Virus record (IMG/VR): IMGVR_UViG_3300021399_000016
Location: 1,808 to 65,807 of that record
From: a virus
DNA: 64,000 bases
Strand: one strand, 5' to 3'
Made by a program: the position numbers and the translations under genes
The notes under the pieces: model-generated
What the model was told of the DNA's origin: nothing
What the model saw: only the letters and a program-made list of their open reading frames with translations
Databases searched by the model: none
Shown here: piece by piece, positions 49,609 through 58,634 of the stretch
Layout: each line of letters opens with the position of its first letter
Position numbering within the stretch: the stretch's first letter is position 1

Positions 49609-49841
49609 TGAAAACAGTGTGGGTTCTGTTTAATAATGATGACACTGTATTTCAGATATTTACCACAAAAGAGAAGGCGGAGAAATACCTAAGAGACAAC
49701 TTTAACAAGGAATACACTTACGACGATTGGTTCGAAATGTATTATTTGCCGAGTCTAAACCCTGGTGAATTCACTCCGCCACCTTCCTTCATACAAGGAC
49801 CAATTTATTATATTGTAGAACATCCGGTAGATGAGGAATAG
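49608..49841 (+). CDS. hypothetical protein
   Basis: Coupled ORF; IFTTKEKAEKY. Confidence 0.6.
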   Translation: MKTVWVLFNNDDTVFQIFTTKEKAEKYLRDNFNKEYTYDDWFEMYYLPSLNPGEFTPPPSFIQGPIYYIVEHPVDEE

Positions 49842-49852
49842 GAGGTAGAAAA

Positions 49853-50308
49853 ATGAAAGAGATGATTTACGGAAATAATGGCAGAAAGTCTGAAATTCTT
49901 GTTAATGGCACATACAAGGGTATTCAGTATGTCGTACTTAATATTCGCGGAACGCATCCTTGCTGCTACGTGAATCTGCCTGAAGATCATCCTTGGACGC
50001 GGTACGTTGGAGATAATAGCTATGCTAATTTTAATTGCGGATATGACGAGATCCCTGTAGAGTGCCATGGAGGTCTTACTTTCGCTGATGATCATCTAAA
50101 CTGCAAGACACATTACGAAGGCGATAAGAGGGTAGTTGACGTATCGCTCCCAGGTAACTGGATTGGATGGGACTATGCTCACTGCGAAGATTTCACATGG
50201 TATCCAGGAAGAGAACCTTATAAATTTGAAAAGGTATGGACTATTGCGGAACTAATCGCAGACTGCAAGAAGGTAATCGATCAAGTGATTGAAGTCTATG
50301 AAAAATAA
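49853..50308 (+). CDS. hypothetical protein (HGGLTF..IGWDYAH type)
   Basis: HPCCYV, CHGGLTF, WIGWDYAH. Confidence 0.7.
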   Translation: MKEMIYGNNGRKSEILVNGTYKGIQYVVLNIRGTHPCCYVNLPEDHPWTRYVGDNSYANFNCGYDEIPVECHGGLTFADDHLNCKTHYEGDKRVVDVSLPGNWIGWDYAHCEDFTWYPGREPYKFEKVWTIAELIADCKKVIDQVIEVYEK

Positions 50309-50555
50309 TCATATAGAATACGTGGGTGACCTTAGTAAGCTTATTAGGGTCACCTATAGCAATGGCTTTCATGATGGATTTAAGAAAGGAAGGTGCGTCA
50401 AAATGATCGGAGATAAGAAGATTGTTGAATACGAAAACTGGTGCCCTAAGTGTAAGTACTTAAACGTAGACGAGGTCGAAGAACCTTGTAACGAATGCTT
50501 AACGTATCCGGCCGTAGAGGATAGTCACAAGCCAATTAAATTTGAGGAAAAGTGA
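50298..50555 (+). CDS. Cys-rich hypothetical protein
   Basis: CPKCKY..EPCNECL; possible internal start 50403. Confidence 0.6.
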   Translation: MKNNHIEYVGDLSKLIRVTYSNGFHDGFKKGRCVKMIGDKKIVEYENWCPKCKYLNVDEVEEPCNECLTYPAVEDSHKPIKFEEK

Positions 50556-50758
50556 TGAATAACGTTACAATGTTCTTCGTCTGCGTTGGAGTAATTACAC
50601 TTTATATAGTTGGTGTGGTATTAATCTCTGGAATATTCGCAAACATCTTAACAGACGGTGTTCCAGATGACTACGACTATATTATGTTAGCCGTCGCTTT
50701 ACAGACTTTTATTAGTATTGCGTTAATTTGTGACAAGTTAACAGGAGTATTAAAATGA
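50555..50758 (+). CDS. small two-TM membrane protein
   Basis: Hydrophobic; duplicated with next gene. Confidence 0.6.
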   Translation: MNNVTMFFVCVGVITLYIVGVVLISGIFANILTDGVPDDYDYIMLAVALQTFISIALICDKLTGVLK

Positions 50759-50786
50759 TCGACGGTATTAAGTTTGAGGAAAAGTG

Positions 50787-51002
50787 ATGAATGATTTATT
50801 AATAATTTCTCAATGCATCGGGATATACGTCATGTATTTACTGTTCGTAATTGCTATCACTGGTTTGTTTGCATTTAAGCTTTTTGACTTAAAAGGCATG
50901 GACGATGAAAGTGAAGCTTTAACGTTCTCTACAATAGCGAATGTCGTTCAAGCAGCAGTTGCAATTACGGCGATAGTTCTATATATGAGGAGGTTTCGAT
51001 GA
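50787..51002 (+). CDS. small two-TM membrane protein
   Basis: Hydrophobic; same upstream sequence as 50555. Confidence 0.6.
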   Translation: MNDLLIISQCIGIYVMYLLFVIAITGLFAFKLFDLKGMDDESEALTFSTIANVVQAAVAITAIVLYMRRFR

Positions 51003-51217
51003 TCGACGGTATTTTTCCTGATAACGAAACCGCATTTATGACAGATGAGACATGGATAGATTATTGTATTCTTGTCTGGTGCTGTAATTCATTAAATGCT
51101 AGAGCAGGAGCGCTTCGCTATAAAGATCCATATACAGCAGCTCTGCTTTTTAGAGCGCAACAGGTCATTATGTATTTAAGAGAGAAGGAGAAGAAATGTG
51201 CGTTAAACACAAAGTGA
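50999..51217 (+). CDS. hypothetical protein
   Basis: RBS GAGGAGG; overlapping start. Confidence 0.55.
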   Translation: MIDGIFPDNETAFMTDETWIDYCILVWCCNSLNARAGALRYKDPYTAALLFRAQQVIMYLREKEKKCALNTK

Positions 51218-51423
51218 CGCTTTATATTTGTAAGCGTGGTTTCTGTAAGAACTGCTCAGATCTTTGCAACTTAACCACACACCGGGAAAGAGCAGTCACG
51301 GATTATGGTCCGGACTTCGATCCGGAGACTAGACCCGATCGGTTTAAGAAGGAAGAAACCGACAATAAAATCTGGTATACAGAGCAGGAGGTTAAAAATG
51401 AAAACTATCGGAACAGTAATTAA
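51196..51423 (+). CDS. Cys-rich hypothetical protein
   Basis: YIC...CKNCS.LC.LTTH. Confidence 0.6.
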   Translation: MCVKHKVTLYICKRGFCKNCSDLCNLTTHRERAVTDYGPDFDPETRPDRFKKEETDNKIWYTEQEVKNENYRNSN

Positions 51424-51592
51424 TACATTGATCATCGTTGGCGGTATGGTAGCAGCGTTTGTAACAGGAAGTATATTCGGATATTCTATTGCAAAGTCCG
51501 AAAACAAGTCTAGACCTTATACGTATTACTGGCCGAATTACAATCCTTATAAAAACTACAAAAAGGAGGAAAAAGAAGATGAAGAAAATTAA
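51398..51592 (+). CDS. small membrane protein
   Basis: RBS AGGAGG; TM segment. Confidence 0.6.
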   Translation: MKTIGTVINTLIIVGGMVAAFVTGSIFGYSIAKSENKSRPYTYYWPNYNPYKNYKKEEKEDEEN

Positions 51593-51992
51593 ATATTGTG
51601 CTTATCCGGTCGGGGTGATCCTGGCCTTTTTTCTTGTTATTGAGGCATTGATATTTGCGTTTGCTCCTGTAGACACAAGTGCTTCTGAAATGGAGCATAT
51701 TGGAAAATTCAAAATCACCTTTTATTGTCCATGCCACAAATGCTCTGGAAATTGGGGGCATAAGACAAGTTCTGGAGCAAGAGCAACAGAAGGAAGAACT
51801 GTAGCAGTAGACACAAAAGTAATTCCGTATGGGACACATCTATATATTGAAGGCTATGGTGAGTTTATAGCGGAAGACACTGGTGGTTCGTGGGTTCAGG
51901 GGAAGCATATTGATATTTTCCTTGAGGACCATTCGAGGTGTCTTGATAATGCCCATGGTAAAAAATACAAGGAGGTGTACATAGTTAAATGA
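51579..51992 (+). CDS. membrane-anchored 3D-domain protein (peptidoglycan-active, MltA/Sps-like)
   Basis: ITFYC..TSSG..TVAVD..IPYGT..AEDTGG..HIDIF; N-terminal TM. Confidence 0.82.
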   Translation: MKKIKYCAYPVGVILAFFLVIEALIFAFAPVDTSASEMEHIGKFKITFYCPCHKCSGNWGHKTSSGARATEGRTVAVDTKVIPYGTHLYIEGYGEFIAEDTGGSWVQGKHIDIFLEDHSRCLDNAHGKKYKEVYIVK

Positions 51993-52156
51993 ACTTTATA
52001 GTACTATTTGCACTCTGTATCATCTGTAGTTCGATTGTGTCCGCAGTATTTGCTTCAGGGCTCTTCGAGTTCGAGAGAAAGAATTATGAAGAGCTTAGTA
52101 ACAAGATTAACGAAATCAAAACCGCATTAGAAAGGAGTATCGATGATGGAAAATGA
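51989..52156 (+). CDS. small membrane protein (55 aa)
   Basis: RBS AAGGAGG; TM plus coiled coil. Confidence 0.5.
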   Translation: MNFIVLFALCIICSSIVSAVFASGLFEFERKNYEELSNKINEIKTALERSIDDGK

Positions 52157-52733
52157 AAAAAGAGAAATTAGGAGAGTGATTGATCCTGCGGATAGGGAAA
52201 TTTCCCCGGGTAGGAAAATCCTGAAATCGTTTGTGGAAATTGATCTTAAGAATTTTACTGAATGGCTCTGGGTTGATTACATCGTACCTGGAGCCAAAAA
52301 TTTTGTCCTGGATGCGATTTCAAAAGTCTTCTGGGGAGATAGCACAAGGAGCAGCAGTGGATATTCCAGAAGAAGATCTGACTACAAAGAAGACTATACG
52401 AGGCATTCTAAGTATAGTTATTCATCTTCGTCTGTGTCGTCTGATAGAAGAACCATCGATAAACCCAGAAAAACCGAAGACATTCCAGATTACAGAGATA
52501 TTCCTTCCATGTCAGCTGGCAAGGCGAATGATATTGTAAGCCAGATTAACGACTGGCTTGAAGATTATCCGAATCTTACAGTGACACAGTTCTACTACAT
52601 GTGCGGTTACGACAGCCTTGATCCTATTGATAATAAGTGGGGTTGGACTAAGGAAACTATGAGAGGGCTCGGAACCAAGAGAGCTCCTAGAGGAGAAGTG
52701 TATCTCGTTGTTCCGGAGGCACAGCCGTTATGA
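52143..52733 (+). CDS. hypothetical protein
   Basis: DYIVPGAK...TVTQFYYMCG..DNKWGWT. Confidence 0.7.
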   Translation: MMENEKREIRRVIDPADREISPGRKILKSFVEIDLKNFTEWLWVDYIVPGAKNFVLDAISKVFWGDSTRSSSGYSRRRSDYKEDYTRHSKYSYSSSSVSSDRRTIDKPRKTEDIPDYRDIPSMSAGKANDIVSQINDWLEDYPNLTVTQFYYMCGYDSLDPIDNKWGWTKETMRGLGTKRAPRGEVYLVVPEAQPL

Positions 52734-52927
52734 GTGTTAGTGACATTGCTCCTTGTAAAGGGTGTAAGGATAGATATTTAGGGTGCCATGATAGGTGCCC
52801 TAAGTATCTCACCTTTAAGGATAAAGTTAATGAAATTAAGAAGAAACGGTGTGAGTACTATAGTTCTTTGACACCATATTCAACTAAAACTATATCTAAG
52901 TTTGTGAAAATGAGGGGACAGAAATGA
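52730..52927 (+). CDS. Cys-rich small protein
   Basis: PCKGCKDRYLGCHDRCPKY. Confidence 0.65.
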   Translation: MSVSDIAPCKGCKDRYLGCHDRCPKYLTFKDKVNEIKKKRCEYYSSLTPYSTKTISKFVKMRGQK

Positions 52928-53373
52928 AATACATCATTGAAATTGAAAATGAGTTTAAGGATTCTTATGGTAATAAGCTTTATAAAGCTAAGAGTTTCAA
53001 TAGTCTTGTGTTCGATCAGAATGGGCTCGATAAACTTGAAAAATATGAAGCCTTCCAAACCTATAATAAGGGTTACCAGCAAGGTTATGAGGACGCAAGG
53101 AAACGGTTTGATCCGATGTATTTTGAACCTGGAGACATCGTGGAGGATAAAGAAGGAAATAAGTTTGCCTTTGTAAATATCGATAGCAATGGAGAATATT
53201 ACCGTTTTTCGCGTCTGGGATATCCGGTCAGCAAATTGTTTGGTAGATCATATCTTATTGAAAATAAATTTGTAAAAACAGGAGAAAAAGCTGATTTGAT
53301 TTATATGGACAACAAGTTGTCTTATGTTTCTTACTGTTGTAATTATTGCTGCTGCGATAAACGGGAGGTCTAA
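52924..53373 (+). CDS. hypothetical protein
   Basis: FNSLVFDQNGLDKL..YNKGYQQGYEDA. Confidence 0.65.
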   Translation: MKYIIEIENEFKDSYGNKLYKAKSFNSLVFDQNGLDKLEKYEAFQTYNKGYQQGYEDARKRFDPMYFEPGDIVEDKEGNKFAFVNIDSNGEYYRFSRLGYPVSKLFGRSYLIENKFVKTGEKADLIYMDNKLSYVSYCCNYCCCDKREV

Positions 53374-53374
53374 C

Positions 53375-53671
53375 ATGGAGCATATTTTACAATTTGGTGT
53401 GACTATTGACGATCACGCGATTGAAGAGCGCGCAGTGAGTGCTGCTTCTAATGCTGTTGCAGAAGAGTTAAAGAAGAGAATTTTCGAAAAGTATTATGGC
53501 AGCTATGGTGGACTTACTTCTGGAGTGGAACATCTTGTAGAACGGTTCCTGCAGAATAACAAGGACGAAATTATCGAAAAGGTAGCGGAGGCAATTGTTG
53601 CCAAAATGTACGCTTCGAAAACTATCAGGGAAAAGATTCTTGATACATATAAAAAGGAGGTATCTAAGTGA
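53375..53671 (+). CDS. hypothetical protein
   Basis: RBS GGAGG; MEHILQFGVTIDD. Confidence 0.65.
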   Translation: MEHILQFGVTIDDHAIEERAVSAASNAVAEELKKRIFEKYYGSYGGLTSGVEHLVERFLQNNKDEIIEKVAEAIVAKMYASKTIREKILDTYKKEVSK

Positions 53672-54384
53672 AATTAGTAGAGCAGAGATTTGATATTCTT
53701 ACGCCGATTAGCGTTGGCGGTATTGATGAGCTCCAGAGAATTGAAAAGGCGGGAAGAACCTGCTACAAGTCAGAAGACAAGATTACTGACGATGGGGAAT
53801 CTGCTAAGAAGTTTGTAAAGATGCTTATCGACAAACACCATGAAGCGATGCTTGAACACTCCAGTCTTACCGTCGAATTTACTTGCAGCCGTGGAGTTTC
53901 TCATGAGCTTGTGAGACATCGTTTGTTTAGCTTCGCGCAGGAATCGACCAGGTATTGCAATTACAGTAAGGGAAAGTTTGGTGGGAGTTGCACTTATATT
54001 ATTCCGCCTGAACTTGTTGGAGCTAAAGAAACAGATCCAGGATTTATTGCGTGGAAAGGAGCGCTTCAGAGAGCAGAAGACTACTATTTCGAGCTTCTTG
54101 GATACGGATGGAAGCCTGAGGAAGCGCGTGACGTATTACCTAACGCTTTAAAGACCGAGATTGTTGTGACTGGTAATTACAGGGAGTGGAGACATTTCTT
54201 ACAGCTTCGTTGCGACAAAGCAGCGCATCCACATATTAGAGAGTTAGCGCAGAACTTAGCAATGACTTTAAAGATCTGTATCCCTGTTGTGTTCGATGAT
54301 ATTTGGGTACCAGTGGAGCATACAAACGTTGATATGTGGAGCTCTGTTGGATCAGATGGTGTGAAAAGGATGTGGGATTCATGA
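53668..54384 (+). CDS. thyX: flavin-dependent thymidylate synthase
   Basis: HEAMLEH, HELVRHRLFSFAQESTRY, ARDVLP, NYREWRHF..LR, AHPHIR. Confidence 0.93.
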   Translation: MKLVEQRFDILTPISVGGIDELQRIEKAGRTCYKSEDKITDDGESAKKFVKMLIDKHHEAMLEHSSLTVEFTCSRGVSHELVRHRLFSFAQESTRYCNYSKGKFGGSCTYIIPPELVGAKETDPGFIAWKGALQRAEDYYFELLGYGWKPEEARDVLPNALKTEIVVTGNYREWRHFLQLRCDKAAHPHIRELAQNLAMTLKICIPVVFDDIWVPVEHTNVDMWSSVGSDGVKRMWDS

Positions 54385-54740
54385 ATAAGAATGCATGGGA
54401 ACGTGTCAAAGCTACTGGAACTTTAGCTTGGCGGTATTCTTATGGTGAAAGTGAAAATAAAATTATCTGCGAAGAAATTTACATTATTTTTAGAGATGGC
54501 GAAAACTATGTAAGAGCATGGTCAAAAGAAAAACAAGTACCGTACTTTGTTTATGCCGAGGAAAAAGTACCTCATGGCGGTGCGGTATGGCTTAAAGAAA
54601 AGAATGACAGTCTGGCTGCTGATCTTTTAATCGAATATTTCAAAAATACGATTAAAGCATTACAATCAGAAATACGTTATTTGACTGATAAAATAGACAA
54701 CCTTACCGATTGGAAGGATCAAACGGATGAAGGTCTTTAA
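54381..54740 (+). CDS. hypothetical protein (paralog of 54923)
   Basis: AWRYSY..AWSKE..VWLKEKN..LAADLL. Confidence 0.65.
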   Translation: MNKNAWERVKATGTLAWRYSYGESENKIICEEIYIIFRDGENYVRAWSKEKQVPYFVYAEEKVPHGGAVWLKEKNDSLAADLLIEYFKNTIKALQSEIRYLTDKIDNLTDWKDQTDEGL

Positions 54741-54957
54741 TTTTGATGATATTGTTGTAGACTGTGAACTTTGTAAGAAGGAGATAAGATTACCAGTTAA
54801 CACTGCATATATTCAAGTCGGTAATAGTTGTGTAAATTTTTCGTGCATATGCCCTGAATGCACGAAGAAATTAACTGATGGGATAAACGATCTTATTAAC
54901 TCACTATCAAAGGAGAAGTTTTATGAGAAAAGAACGTTGGAAGGATATTACAACTAG
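54727..54957 (+). CDS. zinc-ribbon small protein
   Basis: CELC..CPEC. Confidence 0.6.
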   Translation: MKVFNFDDIVVDCELCKKEIRLPVNTAYIQVGNSCVNFSCICPECTKKLTDGINDLINSLSKEKFYEKRTLEGYYN

Positions 54958-55276
54958 AGGTATACCAGCGTGGAGATACTCTTACAATAAAAACACCCTT
55001 ATCCGCGAAGAAGTATATGTTGTTGTAAATAACAATGAATTTAGCGACGTAGTAAATGCCTGGTCCAAAGAAACTAAGAAGAAATACACCGTCTCAGCAA
55101 ACGAACAAGAAGTTTATAACGGTATGGTGTGGCTTAAAGAAAAGAACGTTGTGTTAGCCGCTGATCTGTTGATGGAATACTATCAAAATAAACTTAAAGA
55201 AAAGAAACTGGAAGCAGAGAGACTTCTCGACAAGATAGTCGCCATTAATGACTGGTCAAATGGTGTTAAATCATGA
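54923..55276 (+). CDS. hypothetical protein (paralog of 54381)
   Basis: AWRYSY..AWSKE..VWLKEKN..LAADLL. Confidence 0.65.
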   Translation: MRKERWKDITTRGIPAWRYSYNKNTLIREEVYVVVNNNEFSDVVNAWSKETKKKYTVSANEQEVYNGMVWLKEKNVVLAADLLMEYYQNKLKEKKLEAERLLDKIVAINDWSNGVKS

Positions 55277-55461
55277 GACGAATTTACATGATTAAGTGGA
55301 ATAAAGGATGCACCAAGGAACAATACTTAAAATTACGCGGTTTAGTAGTGTGGTTCACAAGAGTTCCAGGAACGAGTAATAATGAGAGAAGATTTAAAGG
55401 AGAGAAGCCTTTCAGATTCAGAGTTATGAAGGACGTCGAGAGGATTTATAAAAGGAGATAG
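55273..55461 (+). CDS. hypothetical protein
   Basis: ATGA overlap with previous gene. Confidence 0.45.
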   Translation: MRRIYMIKWNKGCTKEQYLKLRGLVVWFTRVPGTSNNERRFKGEKPFRFRVMKDVERIYKRR

Positions 55462-55466
55462 TCAAA

Positions 55467-55679
55467 ATGAATAATCCATATTGCGTAGATTGTGCACATG
55501 AAAGTACATGTAAATATGCATACAAACTTGATCAACTGGAGAAAAACTTCGGATACTTCTTAAGCTTCATCTGTAAGTATAGGGAGAAGAAAACAGAGGA
55601 ACCTAAGAAGGAAGTAAAACCCTACAAGATGAAAGATATTTACGAGGGGATGTCGGTTTCAAAATTTGGAGCAGAATAA
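55467..55679 (+). CDS. Cys-rich small protein
   Basis: CVDC.H..CKY; RBS AAGGAG. Confidence 0.6.
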   Translation: MNNPYCVDCAHESTCKYAYKLDQLEKNFGYFLSFICKYREKKTEEPKKEVKPYKMKDIYEGMSVSKFGAE

Positions 55680-56134
55680 TGGAGACAAAATATATACTGA
55701 TTGAGTTTGTTCATCCAGGTATTAGGGCAAAGGATCACCTTTACAGTATTAATGAAGCTGTTGAAAAAGCTAGTGCTAATCTTAAACAGCGCTGTGGAAT
55801 CGTCATTAAACCTCCAAGGTTATCTGGCAATATGGTATATGTTCCCGTTATTATTCCGGATGGGATAGAGTTTTCATATAATCGGTTACGAGGTATAAGT
55901 GCATATTTACTAAAACATCACAAGAATACCTATATGAAATACCGTGTCGGTACGCGGTTATTCTTATATAGATTTTATGAACCGGAGGTTGAAAATAAAG
56001 AAACAATTATATCATCTCTGCATAAAGCTAGATGTCTGGATTACTTGGCTGAATTTACAAATTTACTAAGAAGAAGCGATAAAGAAGCCATTGATAAAGT
56101 AACTAGAATAGTTGATATATTGGAGGAGACTTAG
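55679..56134 (+). CDS. hypothetical protein
   Basis: Coupled 151-aa ORF. Confidence 0.6.
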   Translation: METKYILIEFVHPGIRAKDHLYSINEAVEKASANLKQRCGIVIKPPRLSGNMVYVPVIIPDGIEFSYNRLRGISAYLLKHHKNTYMKYRVGTRLFLYRFYEPEVENKETIISSLHKARCLDYLAEFTNLLRRSDKEAIDKVTRIVDILEET

Positions 56135-56329
56135 ATGGAAGATAAAGATGTAAAGTGCTATTTATGCAATGAAAAGATCTATGGCACTTATGATACTAGA
56201 ATTTTGATTTTGTCTAAGCATAAACATAAAATATGCAGCTATTGTGCCGCAAGACTTAAAGAGAAACCTTTTATGCGTTGTTCTTCTTATAATTATGATA
56301 ATGCGGTTTTTAATGGAGAATGCGAATGA
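56135..56329 (+). CDS. zinc-ribbon small protein
   Basis: CYLC..CSYC. Confidence 0.55.
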   Translation: MEDKDVKCYLCNEKIYGTYDTRILILSKHKHKICSYCAARLKEKPFMRCSSYNYDNAVFNGECE

Positions 56330-56559
56330 TGAGAAGCTTTCATGAACAATACAAACTGACGCTTACACATAGATATGTTTACGAAGACGGATCTGTAAGC
56401 AATATCAACGAACCAGTGGTTATAAGATGCTTTGTATCCGATAACCAAAACGTTGACCGCGAACAAATTCTTAACGAAATGATCGATAAGCTTAAAGAGT
56501 TTGTTAACGCAGGAGATTTTCTTAAGTTGCGAATTGGAGAGGATTATGTCAAATTATGA
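56320..56559 (+). CDS. hypothetical protein
   Basis: Coupled ORF. Confidence 0.55.
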   Translation: MRMMRSFHEQYKLTLTHRYVYEDGSVSNINEPVVIRCFVSDNQNVDREQILNEMIDKLKEFVNAGDFLKLRIGEDYVKL

Positions 56560-56728
56560 AAACTCAGCGTATTCTGATTTAATTAAGCAGTGGAATGACG
56601 AACAAAATGAATCCAGTTTTAAACAGTTGGCTGCGTTAAGAAAACAGATGGAGTCCACAGGCGCTCTTAAAGAAGGTGAATGGGTTAGATTCCTTGCTAT
56701 TTTAACGATGGAGAATTTGAAAAAATGA
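56546..56728 (+). CDS. hypothetical protein
   Basis: RBS GAGG; ATG 56546. Confidence 0.55.
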   Translation: MSNYENSAYSDLIKQWNDEQNESSFKQLAALRKQMESTGALKEGEWVRFLAILTMENLKK

Positions 56729-56898
56729 CAATTGAACACTACTACTGCGACTCTTGTAAAAAAGAAATCAAAAGATTTAATGAAATAAACAAAGTTAAGA
56801 TAACACTTAACACGATGGACGTGAATCTTGACCTATGTGATGATTGTTATGAGAAAGCCTGGAACTTTTTAAAGAAAGACCTTAATTATGATATTTAA
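56725..56898 (+). CDS. zinc-ribbon small protein (57 aa)
   Basis: CDSC..DLCDDC; ATGA overlap. Confidence 0.55.
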   Translation: MTIEHYYCDSCKKEIKRFNEINKVKITLNTMDVNLDLCDDCYEKAWNFLKKDLNYDI

Positions 56899-57055
56899 AG
56901 GTTATGTGGTGCCCTTCGGCTATATGGGATTAGTCGAGGGGCATTATATTTTGTTTGCTACTGAAAACGAATACGTCGAGTATATACGAGACGGAGAGTT
57001 TGCTACTGAAAACGAATACGTCGAATACGTTAGGGCACTGTATGGAGGGAACTGA
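56888..57055 (+). CDS. small protein with internal duplication (55 aa)
   Basis: KGYVVPFGYMGLV..FATENEYVEY twice. Confidence 0.55.
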   Translation: MIFKGYVVPFGYMGLVEGHYILFATENEYVEYIRDGEFATENEYVEYVRALYGGN

Positions 57056-57234
57056 TGGACGAGCTGCTTAACAGTACTAATCCGGGGACATTATATTACT
57101 ACGATAAACCTACAGGAACGTACAAGAAAATTGGAGAAGGGATAACTATCGATTTACCTGTGGACGAAACTTATCCTGCAGATAGATTAGCGGACAGAGA
57201 GGATGTTGATAATGGAAATATTAATAAAACTTAA
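57055..57234 (+). CDS. hypothetical protein (59 aa)
   Basis: TGATG coupling, RBS GGAGG. Confidence 0.45.
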   Translation: MDELLNSTNPGTLYYYDKPTGTYKKIGEGITIDLPVDETYPADRLADREDVDNGNINKT

Positions 57235-57505
57235 AACCGATTGCCCGTATCTAACAGCAGAGGACGTTAAGGAAGATCTTTTAATGTCCGAGGATCAGAT
57301 CGGGTGGAATTATGACTATAAGGTGGTTTCAATAGAAGTTGAAAACGAAACTAATCTCGAAAAACATCTCCGTGGAAAGACATCTGAAGAGCAGTACGAA
57401 TTTTTGTATTGGCTTATGCATGTGTTTGGAAGAGGATATGCCAGCAGTGATCAGGCCATAATTGACTGGATTAGGGGTGATATTAAGGAGGAACCTAATG
57501 GCTAA
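57212..57505 (+). CDS. hypothetical protein
   Basis: ORF in operon. Confidence 0.55.
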   Translation: MEILIKLKTDCPYLTAEDVKEDLLMSEDQIGWNYDYKVVSIEVENETNLEKHLRGKTSEEQYEFLYWLMHVFGRGYASSDQAIIDWIRGDIKEEPNG

Positions 57506-57734
57506 AGGATTTCAAAGCTACTACGATGTTACTTTTTGGATCGGAAGAGGAGAATTCGGGCAGTGCCTTAGATGCGGTCATGAAGGATCATATTCCAATA
57601 TTTGGAGCGGCATTAAGCTTGGAGGAGAAAAGTTCTGCCCTGCTTGCGGAAGAAGGATATTTTTTCCACTAGAAGATAAGAGCATTATTAACTGCATAGA
57701 CGTTACGTTAAAAGAGGAGGATAGTGATGGCTAA
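57498..57734 (+). CDS. zinc-ribbon small protein
   Basis: CLRCG..FCPACG. Confidence 0.6.
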   Translation: MAKGFQSYYDVTFWIGRGEFGQCLRCGHEGSYSNIWSGIKLGGEKFCPACGRRIFFPLEDKSIINCIDVTLKEEDSDG

Positions 57735-57924
57735 CAATTCGCTCGCTGGAGGGTATAAGGATGGCTTCCCTATTGTTTCAAGTATTATATGCGGAAGAAT
57801 AGAATGCAAAGCATGGGCTAACGAAAATTTCGTTTATATTCCAATGTACGATAGCAACATTGGAGCATTTTACTTTGAAGTCGATAAGAAGCTCTTTTCT
57901 AATACATGTGAGGAGGAAATATGA
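57727..57924 (+). CDS. hypothetical protein
   Basis: RBS GAGGAGG. Confidence 0.5.
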   Translation: MANNSLAGGYKDGFPIVSSIICGRIECKAWANENFVYIPMYDSNIGAFYFEVDKKLFSNTCEEEI

Positions 57925-58634
57925 AGTACGATCCTAAAAAGAAATTGTTTTACTACGACGCCCGTTCAGAAGAGTATAAAGAGACTAAATATCCAGCACT
58001 TCATACTATAGTCTATCAGTACGATGATGATTTGAAAGATTTTGAAATAGTTCTTATGAATGAGGAAGAGAAAGTGGACAACGAAGATATGTATAACAAG
58101 TCATGCCACGTATTTTACTTCGATTACAAGACAGAGGAATATAAGGTTGCAGAGGCTAATAAAGATTACAAAAAACTCTACAGATATGATGATGACTTAG
58201 AGCAGTTCGTTGAAATTAAGAAACCGGACCTGTGGTATTATAAAGCTCTTTCCGCAACTAAGAAACATACAGAAAAGGAAGAAGAGAAAGCGGATAACGT
58301 AAACCACCCGAAGCACTATGAGGGATCCTGCTCTATCGAGTGCATTGACGCTATGAGATTTGCTCTCGGAGATGAGGGACTTGCGTTCTTCTGTGCTGGG
58401 AATGCATTCAAGTACCTTTGGCGGTACAAATTTAAGAATGGGCAGGAAGATTTAGATAAAGCTAAATGGTATATGGATAAATTGTCTGAACTTTCATACG
58501 ACAACGATTATAATAGAGACACGGACAAGGTCATAATGAAATTATTCGAAAAAGTTAAACGCTTATATCTAACTGTTACCGGTAAAGAAGAGAATGCAGC
58601 GTTTGAAGATGAGGAGGACAAAGACGATGAATGA
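57921..58634 (+). CDS. DUF3310 (T7 gp1.7-like) domain protein with duplicated N-terminal repeat
   Basis: DNVNHPKHY..IECID..GNAFKYLWR..KNGQEDLDKAKWY; EEYK..YDDDL twice. Confidence 0.75.
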   Translation: MKYDPKKKLFYYDARSEEYKETKYPALHTIVYQYDDDLKDFEIVLMNEEEKVDNEDMYNKSCHVFYFDYKTEEYKVAEANKDYKKLYRYDDDLEQFVEIKKPDLWYYKALSATKKHTEKEEEKADNVNHPKHYEGSCSIECIDAMRFALGDEGLAFFCAGNAFKYLWRYKFKNGQEDLDKAKWYMDKLSELSYDNDYNRDTDKVIMKLFEKVKRLYLTVTGKEENAAFEDEEDKDDE

